The notes below the pieces were generated by a model that made no database searches, had not been told where the DNA came from, and saw only the letters and a list, made by a program, of their open reading frames with translations. Positions 11,548 through 23,547 of a stretch of 37,772 nucleotides of DNA are shown piece after piece. Position 1 is the stretch's first letter. Each line of letters starts with the position of its first letter. The position numbers and the translations under genes were made by a program. Source of the DNA: Tubiluchus corallicola (taxonomy: Eukaryota > Animalia > Priapulida); NCBI GenBank assembly GCA_030141605.1, contig JAQGDQ010001501.1, positions 1 through 37,772 of the forward strand, in the 5' to 3' direction.

Positions 11548-13166
11548 TTAATGTTGGGTTTTCATCACGTGCACAGCGAACGAGTAACGATCGTGACAAT
11601 ATTCTCCACAAAGATTACACTGCCACGGATGATCGGGCACGTGCAAACCCATGTGCATTATGTATAATGTCCTGTCATTGAAATAGATACCACAGTCGGC
11701 GCATTCCGATAATTCACTCATATTTACTATTCTCTGATTGACCAGTTGAATAGTACTGGTGGCGACCTGATTGTTCAGTTGCTCGGGTAAGCAAATGTCG
11801 GAACGTTTGGGGGTGGACGATTTTCTAGGATTGGCACGAGGCTGCGTCAGAGCCGCGGGACAGACCACGGGACTGCTGTTTAGACATGACGTTAGCAATG
11901 GATGGTTAAGCGCTTTTGGAGGTGAAATAAGGTTCTTGGTGTCGCCGACCGACTCGGCAGGAGACTGGACGACGTATTTTGGTTCCTCTTCCACAGTCGT
12001 CTGTTCAACGACCACGTTAATTTCCGGAGAATCGTCGGCACTACCAATTTCTGACGACACGTTACTCTCGTTGTTCATATTGTGCCAAAAAGCTAAACTC
12101 ATTTTAGCGAGATCGTCGGGGGAGGTACTGCGAGAAGTGCTGACGGTTGGCAAGATGTCCTCGCTCACATCCGCACTGGCCGCGCAAATGTGACTGTTGT
12201 ATTCGACGCGTTCCGTGAACGAACGCTGGCAGATGTCGCACACGTACGGATTAGCCTCCTTTTCGTGAATCAACTTGTGAGTTTCGAGAGCTTCGCGGTC
12301 CGGAAAGATTTTGTCGCACGTAACGCAGAAGTTGTGTTGATAAAGTTTGTGTTTATTGAGAGCAAATAGGCCAGGAAATTCCACGTCGCAGATATCACAA
12401 TATCGACTCGAAGTGTCTTTAGTATTTTTCTCTTGCAGATGAATCCTCATGTGGTTCTTTAGAGCAAGTATTGCGTGGAAAACTTCGTTACAAATGGTAC
12501 AGGTAAATGATTTCTTACCTGTGTGGCTATGAATATGTTCCTGTAACTTGATGTTTGAATGAAACACTTTGCTACAGTATGGGCACTGATACGGATCGTA
12601 TTTCTGTCCTTCGTGTTTCTTGCGCATGTGATGCTGCAGGTAATCTTGACGCAGGAATGGACGCGAGCAGACAGGGCAGGTGTAGACGTCTTCTAGAGTA
12701 TGTTTGTTCACGTGTCTCTTCAAGTTGCGCATGCTGGAAAACACTTCTCCGCAAGTGTCACAGGTATGATTGTCCTTTGTTCGATCAATCAGTTTACACG
12801 CGGCTTTGTGAGCATCCATTGACGTACGGTTAGAGAAGCCCTTGTTGCACAATATGCACCTGTGTGGCTTCTTTCCGTAATGCACCTTCATATGCATGAC
12901 CATGTAATCCTTGCGGATGAAACTCCGGTTGCACACGGGGCACGGGTACATTTCAGCACGAGTGTGAATGTTTATGTGTCGTTTCAAATTCTTCGCACTG
13001 GACAACGTCTCGCCACATATGCTACATCGGAATCTCTTTACCTCTCCATTCACAATTTTATGGTCTGGTCCATAAAATGGTAGGGGTTTCTTTGCAGGAG
13101 TATTTTCATCAATAGTTTCTTGTTTAATATTTACAACTAGGGGTTCCGTCCCCTGCTCTTTAACAC
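11548..13166 (-). CDS. Terminal exon of a C2H2 zinc-finger transcription factor with Ikaros/Hunchback-type C-terminal dimerisation fingers
   Basis: ORF 11548-13176 has ten C2H2/C2HC fingers, a Ser/Pro-rich linker, then CADCGIYFNDRTLYIMHMGLH...WQCNLCGEYCHDRYSFAVHVMKTQH-stop. Phase-1 acceptor CTTTTCTTATTTGTCTCTAG. Confidence 0.96.
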
Positions 13167-13356
13167 CTAGAGACAAATAAGAAAAGTTGAATTCAGTTTT
13201 AGTGGATAATTATTAAAGAATAATGCTAAATTCTCCACTCAAACTAAATTAAATTTCTGTACATTTAACGATTTCGTACGCAGAAAATTGGACACACAAT
13301 TAAATGTTATGATACGAGAAAGAAGTGAGTACAGGTCAGCATTCTTTATCAGAAAG

Positions 13357-14113
13357 CAGTGTTGTTCTGATAGATCGGTTGCTAATTTTCACAAAAAACG
13401 CCGGATAGGTATTGAGAAAAATCAAAAGATCGGTGTTGGTTTTTTCGGTTTCAGAACAAAACTGATGTGTCTACACATTTCAACACATACTGCGAATGTT
13501 TCCCATTGCATAATTACTTCATAAATAGTCGCAGAAACAATTTGTTAAATTTTACCATAGTTGCTTTTATGGTGAAAATCGCATAGCCAATTTGTTTACA
13601 CATAATTCTTGATTTCATGCATCTTCTATAATGGAGTCTAATTTGTTATCAAAAGTACAAACGAGTACAAAACTTTTCACACAAATGAAAATTTTCTTTC
13701 TAAAGTTTTTTCCTGTACATTAGATATAAAAAGTTATGCTAGCGATGAACAAATATGGACTGTAAATTTCATTAATGAAGTTATATGGGCTCTAGAACAT
13801 AACTATTTTGATTTTTTTGACAGGAATGAGTTGTGTGCCATACTAACATTGCCAATCAACATTACTTTCATACTAACATTACTCTCACCTTATTGTATAT
13901 ATTCACATTGCTTACTAATCCTGTTAATTAATGTTATTTTGCTTGTTGATCTGGTTGTTTATTTGATGTGACTGTACCGTGAGTACAAATAAAAAAATGA
14001 TATATGATGACAAACGATAAATCAGTGATCGGTAGATGGGTGAAGAAATCGGTATTGGTTCAATACCGGATTTGGGGAAAATAAAAACTCAGCATCGGTT
14101 CAAAACAACACTG
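13357..14113. mobile_element. hAT-like non-autonomous element (757 bp) in the zinc-finger gene intron
   Basis: TIRs CAGTGTTGTTCTGA / TCAAAACAACACTG (1 mismatch), 8-bp flanks TCAGAAAG / CCAGAAAG (7/8 TSD) and subterminal ATCGGT motifs. Confidence 0.8.
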
Positions 14114-15290
14114 CCAGAAAGCAAATTTGATTTGAATTTTTGAATTTTGAACTCAAATCAAACCCGAATTTCAAGATTTCGAATTTTAATCAAATTCATA
14201 GTGAGCTTAAAGGTTTTTAAATCACTAATAAAAAAAAAGGTTTCACACAGATCATGCACACTGCTGGATTTTCCTTCTGCAGCAGCAAAAAAACTAATAA
14301 TTTCTTCAAAAATTGTGGCCAGATATCACAGCTAAATTATGCCGATTGCCAGATGCTTCAAACGTTTTCAAACGATAAAGAATGTACGTAGTTGAAGTGC
14401 TGAATTATTCTAATCTATAATTTTAGGTTCAAAGCGAATTCGTATTAAAGGAAACTCATTCGAATGGAATTCGAAAGTTTGATTCTCACGCCTAATAGTC
14501 TATTACTTTCAAATATATGTTACAGATGTTATGTAAATAAGAGTCGGTTAGCTGAAATGGACCTGAAGCTACTGTCTGTCGGGTATATGTGACGGTCAGC
14601 CGTTTGTGAATAAGCATCCCTAACAATTCTCTCATATCTCTAACTTATCTCTAATGGGTGATTATAATATTGTGATCAAAACTTAGGCTATTTTTTACAC
14701 CACCAGATACATCGAAGTTTTTGAATACTATGAATTGATACTAGTTATTAAAATGAGACCACCTAATTCACTAGCTTTGCAAATCCAGATAAATAATTAC
14801 ACTCATAACTCGGTTTGCCGGACCCTGCCTTTACAGATATGGGAAAAATCGGGCCAAATCTGGATTGTTAAAGGTCCTGCATACTATGGACACAGCCAGT
14901 TATTTTGCAAGCTGACCGCTAGTTGACAGGCCGTCACTTTGATTATATCATTACAGCAACCAAGCAGCGTGTAACGACACCTGTGTAGTTTGTATGTCAG
15001 GAGTAGCCCATACTAGGCATTTCTGAGCCAATTAGACGATTGATTCTGCATTACAGTGAGTCTAATACACGGCGCCTACTGTATTTAGCTTAGCATCGGT
15101 AAATACCCACAATCGGCAAATTTGCACCGAGGTCTTCACACTTTTGTCTGGCAAATCAACATATGAGTGTAGTAGTTTCCTCAATTTCACTGCACCATAA
15201 ATTTCAATAGCTCCATTTGACAAACCAGTTTATAATTGTTTATCAGCAATGGTTTCAACTGCTAGCTAAATTTCAGCTAAAATTCATTAC

Positions 15291-15509
15291 CATTCTCTTC
15301 AACATGCGAAGCCTCTACAGCCATTTCTTCTTCATGCGCAGTAGCATCTGTTTCTGGCTGTGTTACCTCATCATGCAACTCTGCTACAGCTTCAGCAGAA
15401 CTGTCATTTTCATGTTTAATGGAGATTTCTAGCTTTGTTTCCATGTGGTTGACATATTCATCAGGCAGGTCGTCTTCACCAGGTACAACAAATTCCTGTC
15501 TCACTCGAT
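15291..15509 (-). CDS. Internal acidic exon of the zinc-finger gene (RVRQEFVVPGEDDLPDEY...VEENG)
   Basis: GTTCTTTCTAG acceptor and G|GTAATG donor. A 219-nt phase 1/1 exon in frame with the terminal exon; acidic, with psi-K-x-E-like motifs (IKHE). Confidence 0.85.
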
Positions 15510-15924
15510 CTAGAAAGAACATCCATTTTGTAAATTGGAACATCAGATCGCATAACTTCTGAATGAAGATCGAACATAACTAAAATTGATGGACAAGGTA
15601 GATGTAAATTACTCAGTATAAACTTGTACTGACCAAAGTAGCATGGCATTCTGTGAGCGGCAGACCTGAACGAGGGATTACTTTCTCAGAAATAGTACCA
15701 CAACAATGTCAGTTTTCAAAAAATAGGACTAAATCACACAAACTTTTTTCTACAAAATGCACACGTATGCTGCAATGCTAAAAACTTATTTGCATATGTA
15801 CTTAAAAATGTTCAAAAAAGAATATTTATTTACCATGTTAACAGGAAAAAGGAGATTTATAAACGTATCTTGATGAGTAATATAGAAATAAGTGTTTCAT
15901 AATCATAATAAAAGTAGCTCGGCT

Positions 15925-16022
15925 AAAGTTCACAATTTTCCACACACAAGAAATTAGTTCATGAAATGAATTAGGGTTAGGGTTGGGCTAGGGTATTTAA
16001 ACTGTTTGGGGAATTGTAAACT
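15925..16022 (-). repeat. Dispersed repeat fragment (TTAGGG-like core), same family as 2262-2385
   Basis: Reverse-complement similarity to 2262-2385. Confidence 0.6.
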
Positions 16023-16089
16023 CCTTCCAAATAGCTCTCACAAATTTGAAAAGTTTTAAAGCATTATAGTATGGACTTGGACTAACTGT

Positions 16090-16259
16090 TAGGGCGGGCG
16101 GATTCATTAATACGCTTGTACAAATTTTCGTAAGAAATTTTATAGGAATTTTTTATTTTAGTAAAGTTACGATTGTATTTAGTAATCTTCTTATGTTACG
16201 AAACCTTTGTGAATTCTACAGTAAGCCTAAGAATGTTCTTACGAACGAAACCGCCCCCT
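16090..16259. mobile_element. Possible short MITE (Harbinger-like GGGGC ends)
   Basis: Imperfect inverted ends AGGGCGGGCGGATTCAT / ACGAAACCGCCCCCT and internal inverted TTCGTAAGAA / TTCTTACGAA. TSD unclear. Confidence 0.45.
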
Positions 16260-16603
16260 GGCAGTAAAATACAACTGCTGGGGTATACAGTGGGTCTAAC
16301 TTCACCCTAAACCTAAATCACTAAAATTATGAAGCAGACAAAAACAGCCACGCTTAGTAGTGAGTACGGTCAGTTGGTACACGCTGTTTGTTAGACCAGT
16401 ACAGTGGCCACCACTGGCCTCTATACCATAGGCATAGATTGCAATTAATCATAGCCTAATCCACAAGTATTAAAATACATGTTAGGAAAAAACGTGCTTA
16501 TACCAGCTAGACGAATGCTCTTTCGAGTTGCCATTAATTACTAGTAGTCTACCACTGGAAAGTTTATCATCAAGAAAAGTAAAAAATACACAACGAAGGC
16601 AAC

Positions 16604-16676
16604 CTTTGCCAACAATTTCCTGCTTCATGTCTTCGGCAGCGCCCTCGTTTGTGAAAACTTTGAAACAATTTAGCAT
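16604..16676 (-). CDS. Probable first coding exon of the zinc-finger gene (MLNCFKVFTNEGAAEDMKQEIVGK)
   Basis: ATG-initiated, local GC/CpG rise, MKQE motif like IKQE downstream, and a phase-1 AAG|GTTGCC donor compatible with exon 15509. The donor is weak. Confidence 0.5.
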
Positions 16677-18378
16677 ACGCCAGAGAATGTAATATCCGCT
16701 AGGGGTTTATTAATGCAGGGGCATGTCCTCTAGTGCGCAGCACAAGATCTCAATGAAAATTCTGCGGAGTTCCAATTACTTTAGGAAACAATAAATTTTC
16801 TGACAATACGTAATAACAGTAAAGCTTTTTTGAGATTTCATAGTGCATAATTATCTAACACGTATCTGTTACATAGGCAACACCGTATGAACGTTAATAC
16901 AGACAATTATACTGTCACACCTGTACAGCCAGAGTATAATAATTGCAGATGAATTTTCAGCACTGAATCATTTCTGCGGATAAAGATTCCTAGGAGTGAA
17001 TTCCAATCCAGCAGCTCTCTTATGCTAACACAATTTTACTTAATACTGTGCAAAAACTGAAAAACATTACAAAGCATCTTCAACAATAACTTTTTCACAT
17101 GATGTTAAGATTCTGTTAGTGTAAGAAAAGATACTTAGAATTCATCTCAAACGAATAGTAGAAGCGGCGAAATGAGAAAATCGATTGACTTTTACAGCTA
17201 TCAAAGTTACTGATTCCTTTGGAATCAAAATCATCTTAACTCCACATTACTGATAGAAATGGTGTATGACAAAATGTGGCAGTACAAAATAAAAGACAAA
17301 TTAGTTCCAGCTTTATGCAAAAAAATCAATTACTACAAAATACACTTTCAAAGCTATTGTTACATTTTCGGTCGAAGGATTACTCTGTATAGTTAAACAC
17401 GAGTATACTAAGTTTAGGGATTCCGTCACACCAGTTTTGTAAGCCAACTGATAGTCAGCTAATAAAATACAAGAAGATGAAACTCAGCTTCCAATATGCA
17501 CAATGTACACAGTGACATCATTGACATAGGAATAAATTATACTGTTTTTCCATAAGCTGAAGAATTGAACGTGTGTATAATAATACGGATGCATATTTTT
17601 AAGTAGAAATGCGCTAATAGACTTTTCACAGTTTCTTATTAAAAAATTGAAAACAAAACAGGGCGATCTTTCATGTCCTTCCCCAGTTTGAAGCACGGTA
17701 AAATGCATACATTTTAACACATATAATAATGCCAAATCGTTTCTGATAATTAAACAATAGCTTAAAAACTGGGTTAACGGCGTGCAAGCCCAGCTAGTGA
17801 TGGCATCACAAACGAACATAATTTTCAACGGCACAAAAATTCCATGCACACGTTGAGTGTTTGTGAAAGTGAAAACTGAAGTACACAGCTGCTGTAAGAG
17901 ATTCAGTGTATATACAAAAACTCGTAACTTCATAATCCTTTTAATTGTGCCTTTAAGTGTTATTGTGGCAATTGTGCTACACTCTCTTCTGCTATGCAAC
18001 AAATCTGTGTCCTTGGTTCTTCTCTGACTAGGCCTCCATCTTGAATTGATAATGCCGTAGAACATTTCCAACTGTTGGCAACTGATTATCTAGTAGCTTA
18101 GTAGGATAGCAGTATGGCTTTCTGCTAACTTTTCCAGAGTTCATGATTAACAAAATGTAAAAATAAATGATTTCTAAAATTATTTTTCTAGAAAAAATAG
18201 CTGTTGAGCAGTGTGAACATTTTCAACTGACATTATAAAGAAATCACAATGCCAAATAAACAATGCAAGGTAGTGTTATTGGTTTTTAGAGCAAATGTGG
18301 GGGGGGGCTTAAATTCCAATGTAGCAGCTTTTAGAGAAATCCCTATAGGGGTAATTTTAAAAGCATTAGTTAATAATA

Positions 18379-18711
18379 CAGTCAACCCTTGTTAAACCGG
18401 ACTAATTGGGGAGGTGGGGGTGGTCCGGTTTAGCAGATTGTCCGATTTATCCAATATACCTATATATGGTCTATATTATACAGGTATAATCACCTTAGTA
18501 AGGCCTATATACATTGCACTATATACTGTGCACTATATCACTATATTCTATACTGTATATTACTTTAAAATAGTTAACCTGTGAGGATAAAGAAATTATT
18601 GTACAGTTGGTAGGTCGTGTTGTGTTTAGCGCTCAGGCTCCTTTACCACGGATGATGTCTGTCTTACCCGATATCCGGGCTAACGGGGTCCGGTTTAACG
18701 AGGGTCGACTG
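18379..18711. mobile_element. Tc1/mariner-type MITE, 333 bp
   Basis: 24-bp TIRs CAGTCAACCCTTGTTAAACCGGAC / GTCCGGTTTAACGAGGGTCGACTG (2 mismatches) with TA on both sides. The paralogous empty site has a single TA at 30692-30693. Confidence 0.95.
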
Positions 18712-19303
18712 TATAGCGATATATGTATAAAATACACACAGTTTTAAGTTTTGCAGATACAACTTCCTAACATGCAAAACTGTCGCAATTCTATGTGCGA
18801 TAACTATTAATCATTGCAAACTACTGTTGAAAATTGCTAGGTCAGTGGCGTGGATATAATAGTTTTCAAGATTTGTCAAATTACTACATGAATAAGCATA
18901 AGATGAGTGGAGACGGATGTCTCCCATGAAAATTTACCCATGTTAATATCTCATCAAGCCTCTAATGTAGGTAGAGTTGTAAAAAGATTGGAGAAAAAAA
19001 TTATTTTCATCACACCCTATTGCCCATGTGGCAGTATCAATGTGTTAGAATAATGGACAAGAAACAATTCTAGTGTATTACTGTGCAGTATATTAATCAA
19101 TTGAGCCCTTTTTAAATAAACAATTCAGCATACTTCTGTTCTCATTCTGTAGTAACTTTTCAAAATAAATTAATTTCCCTTAATCGCTCGAGGTCTCTCA
19201 ACTGGCAGAGGCCCCTGTATCCGACACCACATAGCCTATTTGTAAAGTTATTACCCTAAATTAAATACCCAAATATTTACGATTGCAAAGTTATGTAACA
19301 TAC

Positions 19304-22300
19304 AAAATTGAGCATTGCTCCAACTTTAATTTTTCTTCCATGTAATTTGTACTTTGTCATTGGAAAAAATATTGTTCCTTCACATGACGTTCCTGCAAAA
19401 TAGATAGACATCAATAAAACACCTGGAAAACAACCTTGCAAGGCTAATCAGTCACCAAACAACACTGTTTCTAAACCTGTTCGAGTAATTTACATAAAAT
19501 TTTGCTATAATACCAAAAATTTAAAGTCTGAAGAAATGACAAAACCCAAGCTCGTCTCAGTAAAGTTAACTAACTCACACCTTATTGGGTTGCATCAATT
19601 TCTGAAGTGTATTTCTGATGCCACGTGGGGTCCCAGATGCTGGCACCGTCTTGATGGTGTAAATGCTAACATCTTTACTCTAAAAACTCAGAAACATTTT
19701 TTTATCCAACGTAATACGAAATTAAAGCTGAATAAGACATGGAGTCCAATTGTCTCTGATAAACAATTTTATCAAATAGCAATAAAATTTTTCAGTCTGA
19801 ACACGCCTTAATATGTACACGCCTTAGTTTCTTGCATAAATCGTATGCTAATTGTAAAGTTATTATGCTAAATTAATTATTCAAAAATTTAAGACTGTAA
19901 AATTGTGTAACATACATGATTGATCATTACTCCAGCTTTAAGTTTTCTTCCACTTAATTTGTACTTTGTCATTGGAAATAGATATTCTTCCTTTTCGAGA
20001 CCTTTTCCCTAGAAAAGAAAGAGAAAACGATAAAGCATCTGGAGGCTGTGAAAAATTTTGCAAGGCTAATCAGCCCCCATGCAGTGAAATACTGCAAAAA
20101 TGTCTATGGATGTACTTTTTCTAAGTACTGTCCGAGAGCTATATGAGCAAAGTACTAACTTAATACCAAAAATTCAAATGAAGAAATGGAAAAAATTATC
20201 ATAGCGCAATCAGTAAATAAACACATTTTCACCTCATTTGGTTGCATCAATTTTTGCAGTGTATTCCTGATGCCACGTGGGGCTCCAGATGCTGACACCG
20301 TCTTGATGGTGTAAAGCTTAACATCTTTACTCTAAAAAGACAGAACATATTTATATGACATAAATTAATGCTAAGCAAGACATGTTTACAAGCTAGTAAA
20401 CAGTTATAGGCATATCCATAGAGCTAGCTAATAATATGGATGTAATATCGTGCATATAGCCATAGCTTATAAGTATGCACCTTAATACACAAGACTTCTT
20501 GCAAGTTAATTGCACGTTTGTTAGGAAGAAATCAGTTTTCACATGTACCCACCTTATTAGCTGAAGAAAGTGGTGAACTAATAATGAGAGCATTTGTAAA
20601 TGCTGGAATGACGTTGATAAATGTTTGAGGTTTATCTTCTAAAACAAATATCCATCGATTGATGAAATCGAAACAATTGGAAGACATTGCCGGCAAAAGA
20701 TTTGGCCTGTTTGTCACAAATGTACAAAGACAACACTTCAAAACCGTTAGATGACCAAAGCCACCTTATGAATGAAGTGAAGTGCCATTATTTTTATTGC
20801 TTCATTACTTATTTAATAATTTTTTAAAAAAGTTTCTAACTTATACCGTACAACAATAATAGGTCTAATATTTTTTTGGCTTATTGACCCAGAATTGGCA
20901 GTTACTGAAATTCAATTTTATAAGCTTGCAAATTTTGCATAGCATTTTCGAAGGGAAGCGAGCGAATTCTCCAAAACTGGATGATTCATTCTATGAAAGC
21001 AAATGAATTAAAACTTGCTGTACCTTTTAATAAAACGAAAATTTGCTGATTTGAGATTTTCAAACTTGTTCCAAAGTGTTAAAAAGCTACCAATTGAAAT
21101 TAGAACTTACCATTATTTAAATTCTTTTAACAGGGAACTAAAAACTCATCATTTTAAGAAGTATTTTAATGGATCAGTGTATCAGTTGTAAATTTTTTAT
21201 GATTTATAGATAGGTCTAATTGCATTATAAATTTTTAGTACGTTATCTAAATATTTTTACTTTTACAACAACTTTGAAAAAAACATTGATGGACCGTTTT
21301 ATAAATAAACACATTATACATTAATATTGTTATGGGCAAATTACCCATTTACCCATATATATATATATATATATATAATAATAATCTGAATTTGTTTTTT
21401 ATTTTTCCCGCATGAGGGAGCCAAAAACTAAAGGGATAGGTGAGAAACTGCGGGCAGACTCAACAGGTTATTGCAGAGACTAACTTGTAATGTTCATAAT
21501 GCAATTTTTGTGTGAGAAATTTAATGTCATGCTTCAACCATAAATAGTGTGCGCTCTCTAACCGAACGAAGTAAGTGATTTTTGCAAATCTAAGTTTATT
21601 AATTAGATAGCAATTTTCTGTGTAATTTTTTGTTCAAATTTCTCTATTTTTGTTCAAGTTACATTACTGCAAATTTTATGTATTCTTTTGTTTTTCTCCT
21701 TTAGAAAATAAAGACTGCAGTAAACACCTTATGAAAGGAACTATCGTGTTTTGCTGTGTTAACAAATATTATTATAAATTCTGCAACGTTGGACAACTTA
21801 ACCAAAAACTTACTAAAGAAAAACTTACCAATTCCACAAGACTGGAGGACTTCAGTGTGTTTCCAACGACCACAAAGGTGTTAGTTTTTTCCTTTTTCGA
21901 GATGAAGTGTTCCCATGATGTCTCATGGTTGTCGTTTATCAATGTTATAGACATGTCCTTGGCATGTTGGAAAATATAATCTGTTATATCCTCCAAACAA
22001 TTAGAATTACCTATAATAAAAAAGTGGTACGTCGCACAAACCACTGTGGCATTGTGGGGCAATGAATGAACTTTTAAACTGAAAGGTAGCCAACAGAAGT
22101 AATAGCATTTGACTACCATAAGATCTTATCAAAGTTCATTAGCAATTAATTATGATAGCAAAGAAATGTAGATATATTTCATTGGTAGCTTTTGTCTTAT
22201 TGTTTTGTTACTTACAGATTATATTGATGAACCAACTTCTTCATGAACCAACAATATATTACCTGTGTGATTCAGCACAATAATTCTAACAGACTGCCAT

Positions 22301-22382
22301 TTTAATACCTTGAGGCATTCTCCAAGAACTGATAGTTGTTTCTCCATGTCGCAATGGATACTTTTCGCATTTTCATTAGTTC
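19304..22382 (-). pseudogene. Truncated ionotropic receptor paralog (N-terminal exons only)
   Basis: Exon copies at 22263-22382, 21829-22010, 20553-20690 (acceptor AG changed to CG), 20233-20331 and 19916-20008, then second copies at 19581-19679 and 19304-19392 (89 nt versus 90, frameshift to TGA). No downstream ligand-binding or transmembrane exons occur before the zinc-finger gene. Confidence 0.8.
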
Positions 22383-23514
22383 CTAAAGTTAATAAGCAAA
22401 AAGAGTCATTTATAACGAGGGTCATTTATATCCACCTCGAGTACATGTTTGCAACATGGGGAAGTAATTCTGACATGGGAGGCAATTTGCTCTCCGGGGA
22501 GAGATCGTAAATCTAAGGGGAAGGATTTTAGTTAAAGAAGGAGCTCCAAACTTGGAGACAATTTCTAGGTTTTTACTTTCGCCACCCCTCTTCTCCATAA
22601 GTTTCTATCACTTGTTAAATCCTGTGAGCTTGTGTTCCCTTGATTTATTTTAGTGTCATTAGGACGTTCTATTACATCTAAGAAAGTTAAGATTTATCCA
22701 CTAGGTGGCTTCTTGGCAGACTTCCGTAATTCGTTAAAGCATTTATTGCATAGGAAGACGTCATTTAATGCTGGATTATGGTTTATGGCAGCATACCGAA
22801 GCAGGTAAAAGATTTGAAAATAATAGCAATTGAATTTAACATTTTTTATCTTCTAATCTTTTATATTTAAATGTCTATAAACAGTTAAATACTTAAGACA
22901 TTTCATTCATGCACGCCATATTGAACGCACTAATAAGCGCCATTTTGTCACGATGAACCAGAATGACAGGCCGTAATGCCTGGGATTATAGAATGCCACA
23001 AACACGAGCTTGTAAACAAGTAACACACAAGTGAATAGTCAAGCTAATAAGTTAGAAATTTTATTTCCAATTATGAAGTTTGAATTACAGAAATACATGG
23101 ACTGCATGATTAACCAACAATTCTAAAGTCAATAATAAAAAAATAATGACAGCTTTCGTAGTAAACATAATACATGCTGCTGCACGGTTAGCAGAAGGCT
23201 TTGGTTCAAATCCCAGTGGAGTCCAAGACGTTTTCAGGTTTTCTAATTAATTATGGAATTTTTTTAAGTGATTAATGATGCCATACATATGTGTATAAGC
23301 CAAATTTCGAAAAATGGGAAAAGCCAAGCATTAGGAAAGCAAATCTGTAGCTTGATATTGAGATGCAAATATTGAAAGTTGTGCAATCACAGTGTTTATA
23401 TCATGGGAAAGTTTCAGGTATAATCCAGTAATTATCCCACATTTAACTTCTAACTGTTGGTGCTTACTAGGAGATCAAGAGTTTTTTATAGTATTTCTTA
23501 ATTATGCCAAAACT

Positions 23515-23516
<2 letters not shown>

Positions 23517-23545
<29 letters not shown>
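23517..23545. repeat. (AAT)n microsatellite
   Basis: Direct reading. Confidence 0.9.

Positions 23546-23547
<2 letters not shown>

Noticed and set aside
11771-13083. ORFs 11771-12193, 12555-12833, 12572-12754 and 12862-13083
   Set aside because: Shadow frames of the zinc-finger exon.
14122-14495. TTCGAA-rich MITE-like fragment (similar TTCGG-rich stretch at 7020-7190)
   Set aside because: Only one plausible terminus is visible, so boundaries cannot be supported.
15971-15993. Interstitial telomere (TTAGGG)
   Set aside because: Only two perfect units, embedded in a dispersed repeat also present at 2262-2385.
11548-16676. Gene symbol hb or IKZF
   Set aside because: Only the C-terminal DZF matches; the DNA-binding fingers do not resemble the canonical set, so orthology is not supported.
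17484-18071. 195-aa minus-strand ORF
   Set aside because: It spans the duplication breakpoint, shows no recognisable motif and has non-coding-like composition.
19536-19811. Conserved plus-strand ORF MTKPKLVSV..., also at 31525-31713
   Set aside because: Antisense to an IR exon; the conservation reflects the recent duplication.
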